NCBI GenBank assembly: GCA_963924565.1
Contig: OZ004609.1
Span: 19,654,001 to 19,718,000, forward strand
DNA length: 64,000 nucleotides
Reading direction: 5' to 3'
DNA from: Ascidiella aspersa
Lineage: Eukaryota
Part shown: piece after piece, positions 1 to 13,613 of the stretch
Position numbering within the stretch: the stretch's first letter is position 1
Layout: each line of letters begins with the position of its first letter
Made by a program: the position numbers and the translations under genes
The notes under the pieces: generated by a model
Told to the model about the DNA's origin: nothing
Seen by the model: the letters and a program-made list of their open reading frames with translations, nothing else
The model's database searches: none

Positions 1-369
1 TTTTGTTTGATAACCAGTGGATAACAACTTTGACCTTTAAAAACAAATAAATAAAATAAATTAAAAAAATAGCAAGCTATCCTTTAGTCACTTATCTTTG
101 ATTGACTAATCTAATGACGCAAGTAGAGTAAATTTTAGGAATAAACAAAAACTACGTTTCACAGGCTACAAAAATGAGGCCTTGGTTTGAATCAGAGCTG
201 CTTATAGTCGGACGCGGACTCGAGTAAAACTAACCGAGTCCAATAACGTGCGCATGCGGCATACCAAACTGCCAAGAGAAGTTTCTTTCTTGCTTGGCAT
301 ATTTGGTGGACTTTTTTGAAGCTTTTGACTCAGCTGAATTTCAAAATGCAAGGTAAAGGAAAATATATC

Positions 370-1107
370 ATTCAGTTTGCAGGACTCTACAAGGACATTT
401 GTTGAAAAGCTGGGCAATAAAAAACGTAAAGTTGCAAATGGTAACTTTGACATGTTTCACAGTTTCCAATGTTTGTTTGACGTGGATGATGAGATTAGGG
501 ATGAGTGGCAGACCACCTTCGTACTCTACAACTAAATTCAATTCCTACTTTCCGGACTTTAGCGGAGATGCTTTCACATTTAAGAGGATTCCATTTCGTG
601 TTGCTATTGAGCAAGTGGGTGACGAGTTGCAAGATGAACTAATTGATTTTAGAAATGACTGTGTTGAAAAATGCATAAAGAGCTATTCGAAACGTTTAAA
701 ATAATACCTAGCCTACTAATGTATAGGCTTTGATTTTTTTTAACATCTTAGAAATGGTTCAGGCTGTGTAAGAAAATTGCCTGGCGGATCCAAGTGTTAT
801 CATCATATCACACCACCACGTGGTTGTGCGAGTCAGCATTTTCCTCCGTATTGAAGGTAAAATCTAACCCACACAGCAGACATGATGTTGCAGCTGACAT
901 ACACAGTGCACTCTCATCGACTGCACCCATAGTACAAAGTTTATGGACAAAATACAGCAACAACCTTCTCACTAAATTTGTGTGAATGTTTAGCTTATTA
1001 ATTTATTCTATTGTTGAAACTTGGTGTTTTTTATTCAACGTTATTGGGCCAACGCCATTTTTTATTAATTTAGCGGGCCATGAGCAAAAAAAGGTTGAAA
1101 ACAACTG
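370..1107 (+). mobile_element. Decayed hAT (Buster/Charlie-type) DNA transposon, 3' part with frameshifted transposase C-terminus and right TIR
   Basis: Fragments FPDFSGDAFTFKRIPFRVAIEQVGDELQDELIDFRND (ORF 399-704) and TTWLCESAFSSVLKVKSNPHSRHDVAADIHSALSSTAP (ORF 794-985), then ...KIQQQPSH* in another frame. These resemble the C-terminal dimerisation region of Charlie/Buster (ZBED5/GTF2IRD2/FAM200-like) transposases. Ends in AAAAAGGTTGAAAACAACTG, a typical hAT right end. Left boundary is approximate. Confidence 0.8.
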
Positions 1108-1421
1108 GATTAACATATGTCCACAAATTTTAGCAATGAAATCTGCGTCGCAAAACAACATTAAAGATTAGCAAGTCGTGTAGCTTAGTTAGAGGGCACT
1201 AATGACATCTCAAAAATTGACAACCAGGCCACTCAGCGCAAAAAAAAACGCATAAAATTTGATGTCAAGTTACTTTACACACATATATAGGTTTTGTAGA
1301 AGAATAGGTCGGTATGACTTTTTGTAATGAGCGCTAGGATTGGGCTTCGATTTGGTTAGGTCTCGATCCATAACCCTTTTAACAATAGCAGTGGCCACTA
1401 TCACAAAAAGTCATTATAAAG

Positions 1422-1733
1422 CAATGGTTCTCAAACTGAGGTCCGTGGACCCCTTGGCGTACGTAAACTAGTTCCAGGGGTCCATTAGGGCCTAATTCGA
1501 ATATTGGTGTATATTTAAACAGTAATTTATATTTTAAAGAAAAGTGTTGAATTAAAAATAAAACGTTTCTGCACTGAATTTATGTCGACTCTTTTACATT
1601 TTTAGACCGGAAACAGCCGATTTCTAAAGTCTATTTCTATTGTGACGTCACCTATAAAATTCCTTGCCTAACTTGTCCAGGCGAAGTAAAAACAATTTTA
1701 GGGGTCCGCGGCAAAAAAACTTAAGAACACCTG
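1422..1733 (+). mobile_element. hAT MITE (family 1)
   Basis: Termini CAATGGTTCTCAAACT...TTAAGAACACCTG; 8-bp TSD TTATAAAG/TTACAAAG; homologous along its length to 29420-29747. Confidence 0.8.
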
Positions 1734-2762
1734 TTACAAAGTATTACTGTCAAATGTTTGCTGCGAAAATGTAAACAGAATCGTAGCGGTAATGTTAAAA
1801 AATATGCTTGTCTCTTGCATATTCCAACAAATACTTATACTGCGTATCATATATTAAAATAACTTTTAATCTTCTTTAAACACCAGGACAGTTTTTGCGA
1901 CTCGCCTAACCAGAAATGGTAACCAAATAGAACTGCACACGGCACCAAAGCTATTCTACATTTATTGTATTCAGCATCTTCATAAACACGCTTGCTGTAC
2001 ATGCAGGTATGATGTCACAATGGGCACATGTTTCATCTCGAAAAGAGGAGGTCCATCATGGAAACTGAGAATTGGGAAGTGTTTTGTACACTCAATACCA
2101 TGCCAATAGTGTATAAATTAAAGTAGGCAATCAAATGGTTGATTTTTCCATGACATCCAACCACTATCACATGTATGAGAGTAGCCTCGTGTGTGGAATA
2201 TGGATATTAGTTTTTTAAAGAATAATATCTGTACATACAGAAAACAAAGAATACATAAAACACACAAGCAAATAACTAAGATCATTTTCCTAGGTGACAA
2301 CGAACGGTCATGCAAAAGAACAGAAGAAAAGCAGTTTTTTCAGCTGCACGAAAAAGGGACAAAAGAAAATGCGTTTAAAAAGGACTGGGTCTCTTTCATA
2401 CATGTTTTTGTTTTCCCTACTACCCATTTGGTACACCAGGCAAAACAACAATAAAAAGAACAGATAAGGTTAAAATCACATTCCACCGCACACTGTATAA
2501 TAATAGTAAGAGTGCGGCCACAGAAAAAAAGTCACGGTTTTTTAGCAACCGATGATACAGCCTCGTAAGACACTAAAATAAATAACACAGGAATCAGAAA
2601 ATTCGCATTAGACAAAACGTTTCGCAATCAAGGGGGATACAAGTAGCAAAAATTAGCATATTGGTAAGAAGGGTGTCATAAGATTTTTATTTCGCTTGTT
2701 GTCGATTCAGCAAATTATGAAGTAAGAAATGTGAAAAAGAAAAAATGTGGAAACAACAGTCT

Positions 2763-5700
2763 TTATATCTTGTTGATTTTTTCACCCACAATTACAGGAT
2801 TCTCTTTGCGGATTTTGGCCTGGCCATCAGCTTTGTAGTCAAACTCGCAACTGTGTTGATCTGAGTATCGGTGAAGGCCACAGAAAATTTTGCCGCAACG
2901 GCAGTTAAAACCTAAAAAAACATACATATATTATACCACCTATTACATATGTTATTCTCATTTTTTACATAATGTAGTTCACGTATAACGAATAATATTT
3001 GTTACCAGTGAAGTGCGGTGACGGTCCTAGATGGTGAGGCACTAATTTTTTCAAGCCACGCTTTTCTTTAACAATCACAAAAACGGTATCGTACTAATAA
3101 AGATAAAAAAATTAGCGGCATGCTTTTGTGGGGCGCAGCCACAATGAAAAAATGTTTATAGAATGTTTAATGTTTACATTCTTTCATTGTGGCTGCGCCC
3201 CACACTTTCACGTTTATTACAAACTTGAAAATAAGAAACAGGGAAAGTATAAAAGACGATATTTTTAAAGCACAGCCACCGGTAGCGTAGCCAGCCAAAA
3301 ATTTAGGAAGGTGGGGTTTGGGCAAAAAGTTTAAACTTTTGTTGTTTAGCTTTTGCCATTGTATGAACTGCGTATCGAACACAAATAAATACGCTAGCAA
3401 ACCGTTTCGAGAAGCAACTTACTGAGTTTTAGCGCAATACTAAAAAATCATTCAGAGAGCAAAAACAAAATGACTAAAAAGTAAAACTACATCAATAAGT
3501 AGCCTATAGCGAATTTAATAATAACTAAATCGTTTATGACGTAACAGTGCATGACAATTGAAGTTCTGGCATGCCTGTGATCGACTTTTGTGGTACTGCA
3601 AAACAAATATTATTTAGAGTACACAATATTTATAAATTTTTAGGGGTCATGGCCTCTGTGGCCCCCTGGCTGAGCCTATGACAGTCACATCCACTCTATT
3701 TTTTACCAATCTCTTTGAAAGTTGCGTGTTATTTTTTTGTCCAGTCGTCTGATGCAAACCTTTTAAATGGGAAACAGATTTGCCTTTATTTATGACTCTA
3801 ACTTTAGATTGATTGAAAGTGTAAATTTTCCTTCATTTTAGTTAAATTTTATATAAAAAAACAATCCTTTACACTGCAAGAAGTCAATGTAGAAATTTTT
3901 CATAGCTGGGACGTCACATTTGAGGCACGAAATAATAACGCTTTAGGTATAGAAGTGTAAAATTTGCGGGAGAAGGAGTATGGACTAGAGGAATTCATTC
4001 AAATTAAAGCATCCAAAAACATGCATTGTGTACTGTACTTTAGCAAATAATATATATTCTGTGATAAACATCTCTTTAACTGCCTCGCCTGCCTCCCCTC
4101 ACTGCCTCGCCTGCCTCCCCTGACCGCACGTCCCTGTTTGTTACCTGTTAGGCCGAGGCGTTTTCGGCACTGTGAACAGCGGTTCTTCTTGGGTTTTGAA
4201 GGCGAGGCCTGACTATCATCAAGTGATGTACCTGCTTCATCAAAGCTGGAGTTCTGCATGTGAAAAATATGGAAGTCGTATTAGGCTGGGATTGTGTAAA
4301 GAAGCAGCCATAACCTTTTGTTGTAATGTTACAGCAAACAGCACATAGCGTAGAAATTACTAATTACTTGGTACGTCAAGCAATTTGGTGTAAAAAATAT
4401 CCTACCTACAAACTAACCTAGACTCCTACAATTCGACACAATATACAAGGACAGAAAAATATTCGTCACAATTTTCTTGTGAGAGAACACCCATGGCTTG
4501 ATTAAATCACTAGTCTGCCTTATCCATGCTAACAGTAGCCTGTTTGACGTTATCGGTAAAATGAAACACAAATATTTCTCTCATAATATGTTTGAATTAA
4601 AAATGAAAACTTTAGCTTAATTAAAAAACTCACTTTTGAGGAAGGCGAGGTAAGAGAGGTGTTGGGGTTTGTTGCAGAAGGAATGGCAATTGGAGAACTT
4701 GTTGCGTTCAAGCTTTCTTTAGCTGGGCTGTAAACAAATATGCTATATAAAATTATACTGAAAAGTTAGAAAATACACATTTAAAAGTCTAACAGCTTTA
4801 AAAAAAACTTTTTGCGGAGGCTGACAAGATTCTAAAAAGTATACAACCGTACCATGTCTAGTTCTTACCTAATAGTGGTGGACACAGGAACATCACTGGT
4901 TGCTAGGGAAGCCATTGCACTGGCCACTTCACTGCGATTAGTTAAGTTGCTAAACGAAAACAGATGAGTAAATAAAAACATCCAGAAAATAACAGTTCTT
5001 TGTAAAAAAGGGAAAAATGGAATAATATTTCTCAATATTTAAAACATAGTGTTCACCTTCTTAACACATTTCTGAACATGTTTGCAATAACAACATGAAT
5101 GCTGAATATAGGGTGCTTTGAGCATTTTTTTTGGCTAGCAGAGCATTTTAACTTGTTCACCACCTTTATGCAGTTTTCAGCAGGATGACAATTCTGTGCT
5201 TGTTTTTAAGATCAGTGCTTATTTTTGAACACAGTGTCAAAGGAAATAATAATGTGCTTATTTCTATCACATGCTTTTTATATGTGTCTACTTCAAAGCA
5301 TTGCGGAATGCTGGCACTTGGTGACTATGTTGGCCAAAAAATCATGCAAAAAAAATAAATTGGTTTAAAAAACCTAATTTATATATAAATATATAATATA
5401 TACATTTATATAATTATTTTTAATATTTTTTTCACAAAAAACCTGTTGTTTTTACACATATTCAACCTTATATATTTTGAAAGCATATATGCAGTAACAT
5501 TCCTCACTACAATTCGCAGGAATTGATTTCCTTTAATATCTTACGAGCCTTGCGCGCTTGTGGTGAAAAGTCCTACGCATTTAATACTTAAACAAACAAT
5601 CAAAACGGTCTCAGTGAGTTGGAAATAGTTATTTTGCTGAGCATCTGATTTGTTTAATAATACCTCACAGCCTCAGAAGAGATTTGTGCCATGAAAATCA

Positions 5701-8307
5701 CATAACAAAGCCCACTAAACAATAATTGTTTAGAAAGACCAATTAAAGTACCTACAACATGCCAAGGCCGTAACCTCCTAGAACAGACCTGGGCAACATA
5801 AGGCCCGCGGGCTGGATCCGGCCCGCGGCTTATTTTTCTTAAAATACATAGGCTAAGCGAAATCAAGCACAAGCTGACGAATCTAGTCAAGACCCAGTCA
5901 AATTTGATTTTTTAGCCTGTTTTAAATACTAAAACGGAACTTGTTTTTGAATCTCTTCTGTCTTTCTTGTATATATTCGGCAACTTTACAGACAAATAGC
6001 GTCCTCTGCACTGTGCCACTCTCCAACAAAAGTTTGGCAAATTTAACCTAATATTTACATATTTTTTGCGTGTCGAAAGTCTTCCGTCTTTAAAATATAA
6101 ACAAAAAGGTTCCCAAATTGAGCCACTTGGCTCCCCTAGGGAGGAATGTTTTAGTTTGGGGAGGAAAATGGTTCCAGGGGGGATTAGGGGCAGAAAAATG
6201 CATAGAAAAATAAGTTCTTTAATAGGTTATATGAAATAAAAAGGCTTTTTTGAGTGTAATGATGGGTACTGTAGAGGTCTATTATGCCCATATTAATCTA
6301 AGTTTATTGTTTCTTCACAGTTACATCAATTTAAGAAATATACACCAATGCAGGCATTTTTATATAGGTATAAAAATCAATACCATCATACTTTTAAAAA
6401 ACCTTGACTTTTAGACGATTAGCACTTTTTTGTTACAAGTCTTGGCATTTGGCACAGATGTGTCTAATATAAGAGTTTTACATAATTTTTTATATTTGTC
6501 GACTCTTTTTAGGCTTGATTGGGGTTTGATTTTTTTTTGTCACTGATTTTTTGTAAGGGTACACCAAAGTAATAAATAAAAAAGGAAGAATAATTTGTGT
6601 TTCATGCTGGGGAGGAATTTACTGTATTTGGGCTTGTAAGGGAGGAACATGAAAACAATTTTGAGAACCACTGCTTGAGTGTTTATGATATAACAGTAGC
6701 TGGAACTGTTTTATGAATTGCTGTCTGCTCAAAGGCGCTATGGCGACTATAAATCCTATAGCAGGTTGTGCTGTGTGACTTCTCTACAAAGCACAAATTC
6801 TTTTATGTGTCTCATGTGCCATGTTTACTTAAATTATTAAGCTTATGTTTACTTAAATTAAAGCCAATCAAACCAATGCAATTGTTTTGCATGTCCTACA
6901 ATTAGACTGGATATGAGTATTATTTAAAACTGTAAACGTAATGTAAAATGTTCAAACAAGTTAAACAAGAAAATAAGAGCAAATAAGAACAAAAAGTAAA
7001 AAAATGCTGTAGGACTTTTTATTGTTTCTAGGATTTTATTTGTAGCATCTAAATTTAACATTTAAAATGTTAAGTACAATCTATAACTGTTTAACGTAAG
7101 ATTTAAGAATTGGATGAAATATTAGAAAGTAACAAGCTTACACAAATTATGTAAGGCAAATACATTTGTTACACTTAAACATATTTTGAAAAAGTAAAAG
7201 GGATTAACCTAGTTGTTTAACAAACAGCCTGGAGTTACAGAGTGTGGGCAGGCTGTCAGCATCATTAGAATGGGATCAAGGGCCATAATTAACAAGGGAA
7301 CACAAGCTGTAAAAGGTAGCAAGGAATGTCCAAAAGTTCACATTTTGTTGTGATACTGATTCTTAAAATTAAACAACAGCTGTCCATCTGATTGCTGTAT
7401 TTTGTATGGTAAATTTTATAGCCAAATAATTCAAATGAAGATGCTTGATTTTGGGAAACTTAGTTCACTTTTTAGGATAAAAACCAACATTGTTATTGCA
7501 ACTCATGACTGAAATGACTAAATCAGTTTGATATAAAATTGCCACTGACCCACACTAGTATCATAAGTTCCTATACAACCAATTGTTAGCAGGTATTCCA
7601 TCGTGACAATAAGACATCCTACAAGCTATCCTAACATAACCTGGCGTAGGTACTACATAACTAAAGTTGACCTTGACCTGGCTTTTTAGGTCACTTAACT
7701 AGAAACTCTATTTTTATAACTTTTTTTAATAAATTTACTTGTACCTTTTTGCTATGTCCATAGGCTTGCTTGCAACATGGGATAGACCTGTTAAAAACAA
7801 AAATACAAACCGTTTTAAAAGCTGAAAATTATGTATATTTATTTTAACATAACTAATAATAGTTTAAAAATAATATCTATAGCTTAAAAATAATATCTGT
7901 GACAATAATATCTGCAGCTTTTAAAGGGTAATATGTCCTTACTAATGTTATTACTAAGAAAGATCAGAATAAAAAAGACGAAAACTTGACTAGGTGGATT
8001 TTAACTCTGATTACAGTACTTTTAACACTATATCTAATGTATAAACTCTGTGTAAAGTGAACTTGGTACCAACCAAAAACATGAATTTAGATACAGTTCG
8101 ACATTTAGATACAATTTAAAAATTAGGTATTATACAATATTTTATTAGTAAGAATCACTAACCTGGCGATTTTCGACCAGAGTTATTTGTTTTCTGCACA
8201 GTATCTTTATAACATATTGAACACATGCCATCTGTTTTTGGACTGCCATAAAATCCACACCCATTCCTGCAGAGGGTCGCTTGGCTTGACTGACTTGGAC
8301 CCTCCAT
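2763..8307 (-). CDS. ZFAND5: A20- and AN1-type zinc finger protein (ZFAND5/ZFAND6-like), ~206 aa, 6 coding exons
   Basis: Exons 8307-8163, 7787-7745, 4949-4869, 4727-4634, 4253-4145, 2911-2763; all GT-AG with consistent phases (621 nt). A20 finger [24 protein letters not shown]; AN1 finger [42 protein letters not shown]; C-terminus [21 protein letters not shown]5 and ZFAND6 cannot be distinguished from the sequence. Confidence 0.93.
3006..4136. mobile_element. Non-autonomous TIR DNA element filling most of the last ZFAND intron
   Basis: Left end CAGTGAAGTGCGGTGA..GAGGCA; right end (reverse complement) CAGGGACGTGCGGTCA..GAGGCA; perfect 8-bp TSD TTTGTTAC at 2998-3005 and 4137-4144; internal perfect 22-bp inverted repeat 3128-3149/3182-3203. 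Confidence 0.82.
3280..3680. mobile_element. MITE nested within 3006-4136
   Basis: Ends CGGTAGCGTAGCCAG...CTGGCTGAGCCTATG; TSD ACAGCCAC/ACAGTCAC (1 mismatch). Confidence 0.6.
5784..6673. mobile_element. hAT MITE remnants in a ZFAND intron
   Basis: CAGACCTGGGCAACATAAGGCCCGCGGGCTGGATCCGGCCCGC left end at 5784; a second degenerate element at ~6105-6673 ending TTTGAGAACCACTG. Confidence 0.55.
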
Positions 8308-11300
8308 TTCTTCTACACAATAATGTAATGGATTTAATTTGCCAAAATTATACAGCTTGCTTTATAGGGATATCTAAGTTAATGACCATTAAATAAACTG
8401 TTACACAATCACATCATAGTGACATATAAGTTGGCTATATTACCCCATACTTTTAAACAAATAAAAACCAACATTGCTAAGGGTAAGTATGCCAACAGCA
8501 TGTCAAATTTAATATTCTTTTAAAACTTTAAAACAAAATCCTATTTGTTAAAAACAGTCATTAAAATTACCAAAAAATAACTTTTTTAGGGCAGTGTCTT
8601 AGAAACTAAGGCCAAAGGTATCTTTGCAGATGGTTCAGCTTATAACTAATAAAGACCAATACAAACAAAAGATTGGGTTTATAGAAATGGAAAGTCAACT
8701 AGGACATAATGGAAGTGGTAGAAGCAAGTCAAAATGACTTGGAGAAAAATTAGAGCCTTCAACTGCTAGATTCAAAAATACTGCATAACAATAACATTTC
8801 AAGACTAATGAGCTTGTGAATACCAAATGTTTTCACAAACTGTGTATAGTGTTATAGTTATGTCTGTTTCCGCAGCAAACAGCAAAGGAATTAAATTTAT
8901 TTTAATTTTGTTTTTGATAAGCATGATTTTAAGTTAGTTGCCTGCTTACAGAGCCTTTAGACAAGACTAATATTTTTGGGGGATTGCAATTTTTTTCATT
9001 GATGCAGCCACCTTCAACAAAGAAATAATGGTTGACTCAATAATTGTTTTGCCAATTTTAGTGTTTTTTTAGACCTTTGGCTTTATTAAACTTGGATTAA
9101 TCAAAACAATTTTACACAATGATCACATCACAAACAATAGGTGAAGTATGTAGAAGTATTTTTTGTTTTATTTTTTAAAGGATAAATTAATTATATATAA
9201 TGAATAAAATATAAAATGAAGGCAAAAGCTTTAAAGGTTATTTAACACTGTTGTACTTTTGCATACAAAGCTTAAGGGTGGTTATTCACCTTTTTGTAGG
9301 GAAGTGTTAATATTGGTTTACACTTAAAATAATAAGTATTTAATTTTGTTGTTTTATATTATGCTTATTATCAATAATAATATTATCATTATACATACAT
9401 ATGGACAGTCAAATCTTGTTATTTTTGTCAGTCGGAGTAGATGTACAGGGGGGTTTAATAAATGTAATAAATTAACCCGTAACTTAGACTGGTCAACAGC
9501 AAATTTTAAACGGAGATGTGATAGATTGATTCTTGAAGTGTTGATTCTAAAAACGCCCTAACTTTTTTTTCTAGCTTACCAGGTTTTTAAATTATTCTCA
9601 TTTCAATTTTTACAATGTATTACTGTTTTATTAATATGGGCAAATTGCGCACTGTGACATGATCCTAATATAGAATGCCATTTTATCTGTTTTTTACTGA
9701 TATGTCTAAAAAAACAATATAGAAAATATATTTTATCAATGATTTTTGCAATTAAGTTGTTAATTTCCAGATGTAAAAACAGCATTTCAAGCTGAGTATT
9801 TCATGTTTCAACAAGTTCTCGTAGCACTATAGCAGAAAAAATCAAAATGAATAAATGTTCGTTAATGCCAGATTTTAAACCGTAATGTGGTTACACATTA
9901 TTTTCAAATTTGAGTGACAAGCAATGAATCACTTCAGATATCATTAAGTTGGACAACTGTACTTAAGCTGTTAGATTAAGCAAGGAGAACTATACCACAT
10001 AATGCCCCAATGAATGTTGTACTTCCTCCTCAAGAAAGCCTTAAGTTTTCCCTGATAAAGTTGAAGATTGAATGAGGTTAATAAGAACAAACAAATTCAA
10101 AACCTATTCTGTTAACCAGACAGATTTAAACAGCCTTACTGTAGATGCGTGTTTTAAATAAAAAAAAAAGTGTAGTATTAAGACACAATGGAAAAATAAA
10201 AAGTAGACAACCTACAGTATATGGTCTCCTTTTTGCTATACAACAGCTGTGCTACCAACTGCATTACTAAATTAAGAGATTTATAAGCCTATAAGAGAAC
10301 CATAAGTGGCTGATATTGCAAACGTTACGCCTGTTAGAAAATTTTCTTACTCAAGGAATAGAAAATTGTAGTTCTATATTTGGCATTTCACTACAAAAAG
10401 TTTTCATTACTAAGAATGCAAATGGTAAAACAGTGGAATTACGTGCTTGGCTGGCACTTGGTGACTCTGTGCTAACTTTTTAGAAAATGCAAATTGCATT
10501 ATTTTCTGGTCGGTGTTGATGATCTGCTTAGCTTAGCATCTACAGTAGATGGGTTGCATGTCCCTCAAAGTGCATTTTCAGTAAAAAAAATTTTCCACAA
10601 AACCGGTCTATGTATTACAGCTGTGAGTTCTTTTAATGCTTTTTTTCGGAAAATTTAAATTTGACAATATTTCAGAATTGTGATGTGCTAGAGAAAAACT
10701 AAAGGTGTCTTCGAAATCAGCTTGAGGAATACATCTAAGATAAAATACACACAATCTCATTTAAAAAAAAAGTTAAAATTTGTTGGGGAGGCTAACCTTT
10801 GGTTTCCATTCACCATTTTTTTTATCTAGATATAGATGTGCACAACACAAACTTATACCCCCTCCTCAAAAACTATGTTAATTTGTTTAGTAAGTTATGC
10901 ATATCCTGTGTTTTCACTTTTGAACTACTGAACTGTGAAACTAAATCATTTACGCTTCAATTCTAATAATCCAGTTTTTCGGATTTTATTGGTATAGATT
11001 TAGTCTATTATTTTAAATACAACTTGTTTGCAGAAAACAATGTATACAAAAATGGTCTAACATAATGCATTTGGTGAGCTTGATTCCCCTATTAAACCTG
11101 CTAAACTAGTACGGTTAAGTTTTCATACCTTACAGCATACAGGTTTCACAACAGGTACCAAGTAAAAGAAATCACACAGAAGCAAACATGGGTATAAAAA
11201 ATCAAATAAATAACCTTTGAAAATTCTTTTTTTTTTGCCTAAATTAAGACTGCTCTTGGGTAACAGATGTGGTATTCGTGGCGTGCAAAGGCATGTCACA

Positions 11301-11356
11301 GTGTGAAGGATTGTGACAAGTCTGGACAAAATGTCAAGATGAAAATTTACACTTAC

Positions 11357-11409
11357 CTTTAACGTGCAAACAGAAGCGGGGTTCTTGGCTTACGTTTGTT
11401 AAAGAGCAA
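11357..11409 (-). other. Probable non-coding 5'UTR exon of ZFAND
   Basis: Consensus donor AAAG|GTAAGT at 11357 and acceptor TCTGTAG; 53 nt with no ATG; lies between the likely promoter and the ATG exon. Confidence 0.5.
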
Positions 11410-12488
11410 CTACAGACTAACAGATTTTAATAATATGCCTAACTTCAGCGTCAGAAAATATTATTCACTGAAATACATTACAGCACATTTTTGGCAAAAC
11501 TAATAAATATAAAAGAAAAACTGGAAGATCCATGTGAACCAATTTGAATACTTGCAAATAGGAATCATAAAACACCTGCTTTGGATTTAGATTGAAGCCA
11601 TAAAATTTATATTACAACTTTCTAAAACATTTTCTTTTTCTTTCAACTATAAATTTAATGATAATTTGCAATGCTTCTGTTGAAAAACACAACCTCACAA
11701 CATTATAAAAGTTACCTAATCTTAAAGTAATTTTTTTGTTCACAAGCTATGTTGGCGAAGATATTTCATTTTAAATAAATTACTTCTCAGCTGGTAGTGA
11801 ATGTAGTGCCATTTGTTTGGGTCAGTACAAAACAGAGCGGAATATAAAAATACCTTGGCGGGGTCAAAGAGCAAGCTTTGTACTAACAAACTAAGTTAAT
11901 TTAAATCAAAAGGAGGTTGACCATGGGAGTTGAAATTCTTTCAAAGGTTGTGGTTAAATAGCCACTTCCTTTATGTTATGAAAGAGGCTATTAACCAGGC
12001 AACCTGTTAACGAATTTTGGAGTCTGCTAACAAATCTATTTTTCGGTAAACGGCTATAGAACTAGTTTGCAACTAAGAAGTACAGTACTTTATATTACTA
12101 CGCCTTAGCTGAAAAACATATCTTCGATATGTATTTAGCTTTTGTCAAACTTTACAGAACCGAAACCTTAGTTCCGTTTGGTGCCACTGGCGCTCAGTAC
12201 TTATGCCTTTATGTAAACCTTTGACAAATATATAATAGCTGGCCTGTGTGCATAGAATTGTACAACTTGACACTTTATGGCACATAAATACAAAAAATAC
12301 AAAACTATGAGAATCAATTTTATGATAACTAAACCACCCTAACCTAAACGCAAACCTGCACCTTGATAAATTTGCATTAATCTTATAATAATTTGGACAC
12401 TGCGGATTACACCTAAAACTCGGGTCGGCATCAATAGTAACACCCAATAGGCATAATAAAACCTAAATTTTTTTAAGTATGACCAAAC

Positions 12489-12700
12489 CTGTCGGAATAA
12501 GTCAAAAACTCATAAAAAATACAACCTAAATAAGTTCAGCTAAAAAAATTAAGAACGTATGGAATGATCGGCCTAAAAAGATAGTTTTGTTATCGACATT
12601 AAGACGCTCTGGTTTGAATGGCGCCGCTGTTTTGGCAACTTTCTGTTTGCTCCTGTTTCGGGTGTGTAGAACACGAGGTAAAAATTTGAGTTATGGTTCG
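12489..12700 (-). promoter_or_regulatory. Probable ZFAND proximal promoter and first non-coding exon
   Basis: CpG density returns above ~12000 after a CpG-poor gene body; YY1-like AATGGCGCCG at ~12617-12626; donor ACAG|GTTTGG at 12489. Confidence 0.4.
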
Positions 12701-13220
12701 GGTGGGTTTGGTTTGTGATGAAGTCAAGTGGGTTTGTCTATTTTCTGGGCGTTTTAGTCTTATTCTGATGGTTAATGTTACATTTCGATTTAGACTATAT
12801 TCCAGACATTAGATATATATATTCGCCGCATTCCAAACTGTGTTTTATTCCTGAATTATTTTCTTCTAATTTCTGTCTTATTTCTGGAGTGTATCATCCA
12901 AGTAAAGCATTGTTACATTACACAATATTGGCCGCTTCTTCGTAGAAAGTTATGTACGTAGAAATGAACCAAAAAAAAAACGGTCTACAAATACAGCATA
13001 CCGCAACGCATGTTGTTTGAGTTAGGGGCGGGTAAGCGACTGGGTGAGGGTGGGTCAAGTGGTATTATTAAATAATAAACATAATAACACTTTGACCCAC
13101 TATTTTTTTGTTCTTTTTTACATAACTTTCTATGTACAAAATTTAATAAATGTCCAATATTGTTATATAGGAACAGCGGAATAAATCTAAAAAATAGAAC
13201 AAAATTTGAAATATTTAATT

Positions 13221-13423
13221 GGCGCTGGTCTAGAATCCTACCACAACGTTGAAATGATTATTAAGCAATGCATAATATGTGGGTTAGGGTGTCGGTTAGT
13301 GTTTGGGTGTGGGTAGGTCAAGTAATATTGTTTAACACTATTACTGGACTCACCCAAACCCAAACGCTAACCGGCACCCTAACCAAAATAATGTTCGTTG
13401 TGGTAGGATTCTAGACGAGCGCC
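13221..13423. mobile_element. Foldback MITE with GG-starting TIRs and telomere-like arms
   Basis: 28-bp TIR GGCGCTGGTCTAGAATCCTACCACAACG / CGTTGTGGTAGGATTCTAGACGAGCGCC (1 mismatch); inner arms GGTTAGGGTGTCGGTTAGTGTTTGGG / CCCAAACGCTAACCGGCACCCTAACC; perfect TSD ATTTAATT (13213-13220, 13424-13431). Confidence 0.85.
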
Positions 13424-13613
13424 ATTTAATTTAATGGTATTAAGCCATACTATGTCTGATCTTGAAAATGCTAACACGTACCCTAACCTGAACAATATGC
13501 ATTAAACCAGTGTCAAAAAAAACTATATACACTACAATCAAACGATTAAATCAGCGAAGTGAAAGAGTTTTTGATTGTTATTTCCCAACAATTTACTGAA
13601 TCGAAACTGGCAC

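Noticed and set aside
7209-7252. Extra ZFAND coding exon with AG/GT borders
   Set aside because: 44 nt, frame-breaking and not needed for a phase-consistent model; a poison-exon role is unsupported.
13280-13384. Telomerase RNA template or interstitial telomere
   Set aside because: The hexamers are degenerate and lie within a TIR element with a TSD.
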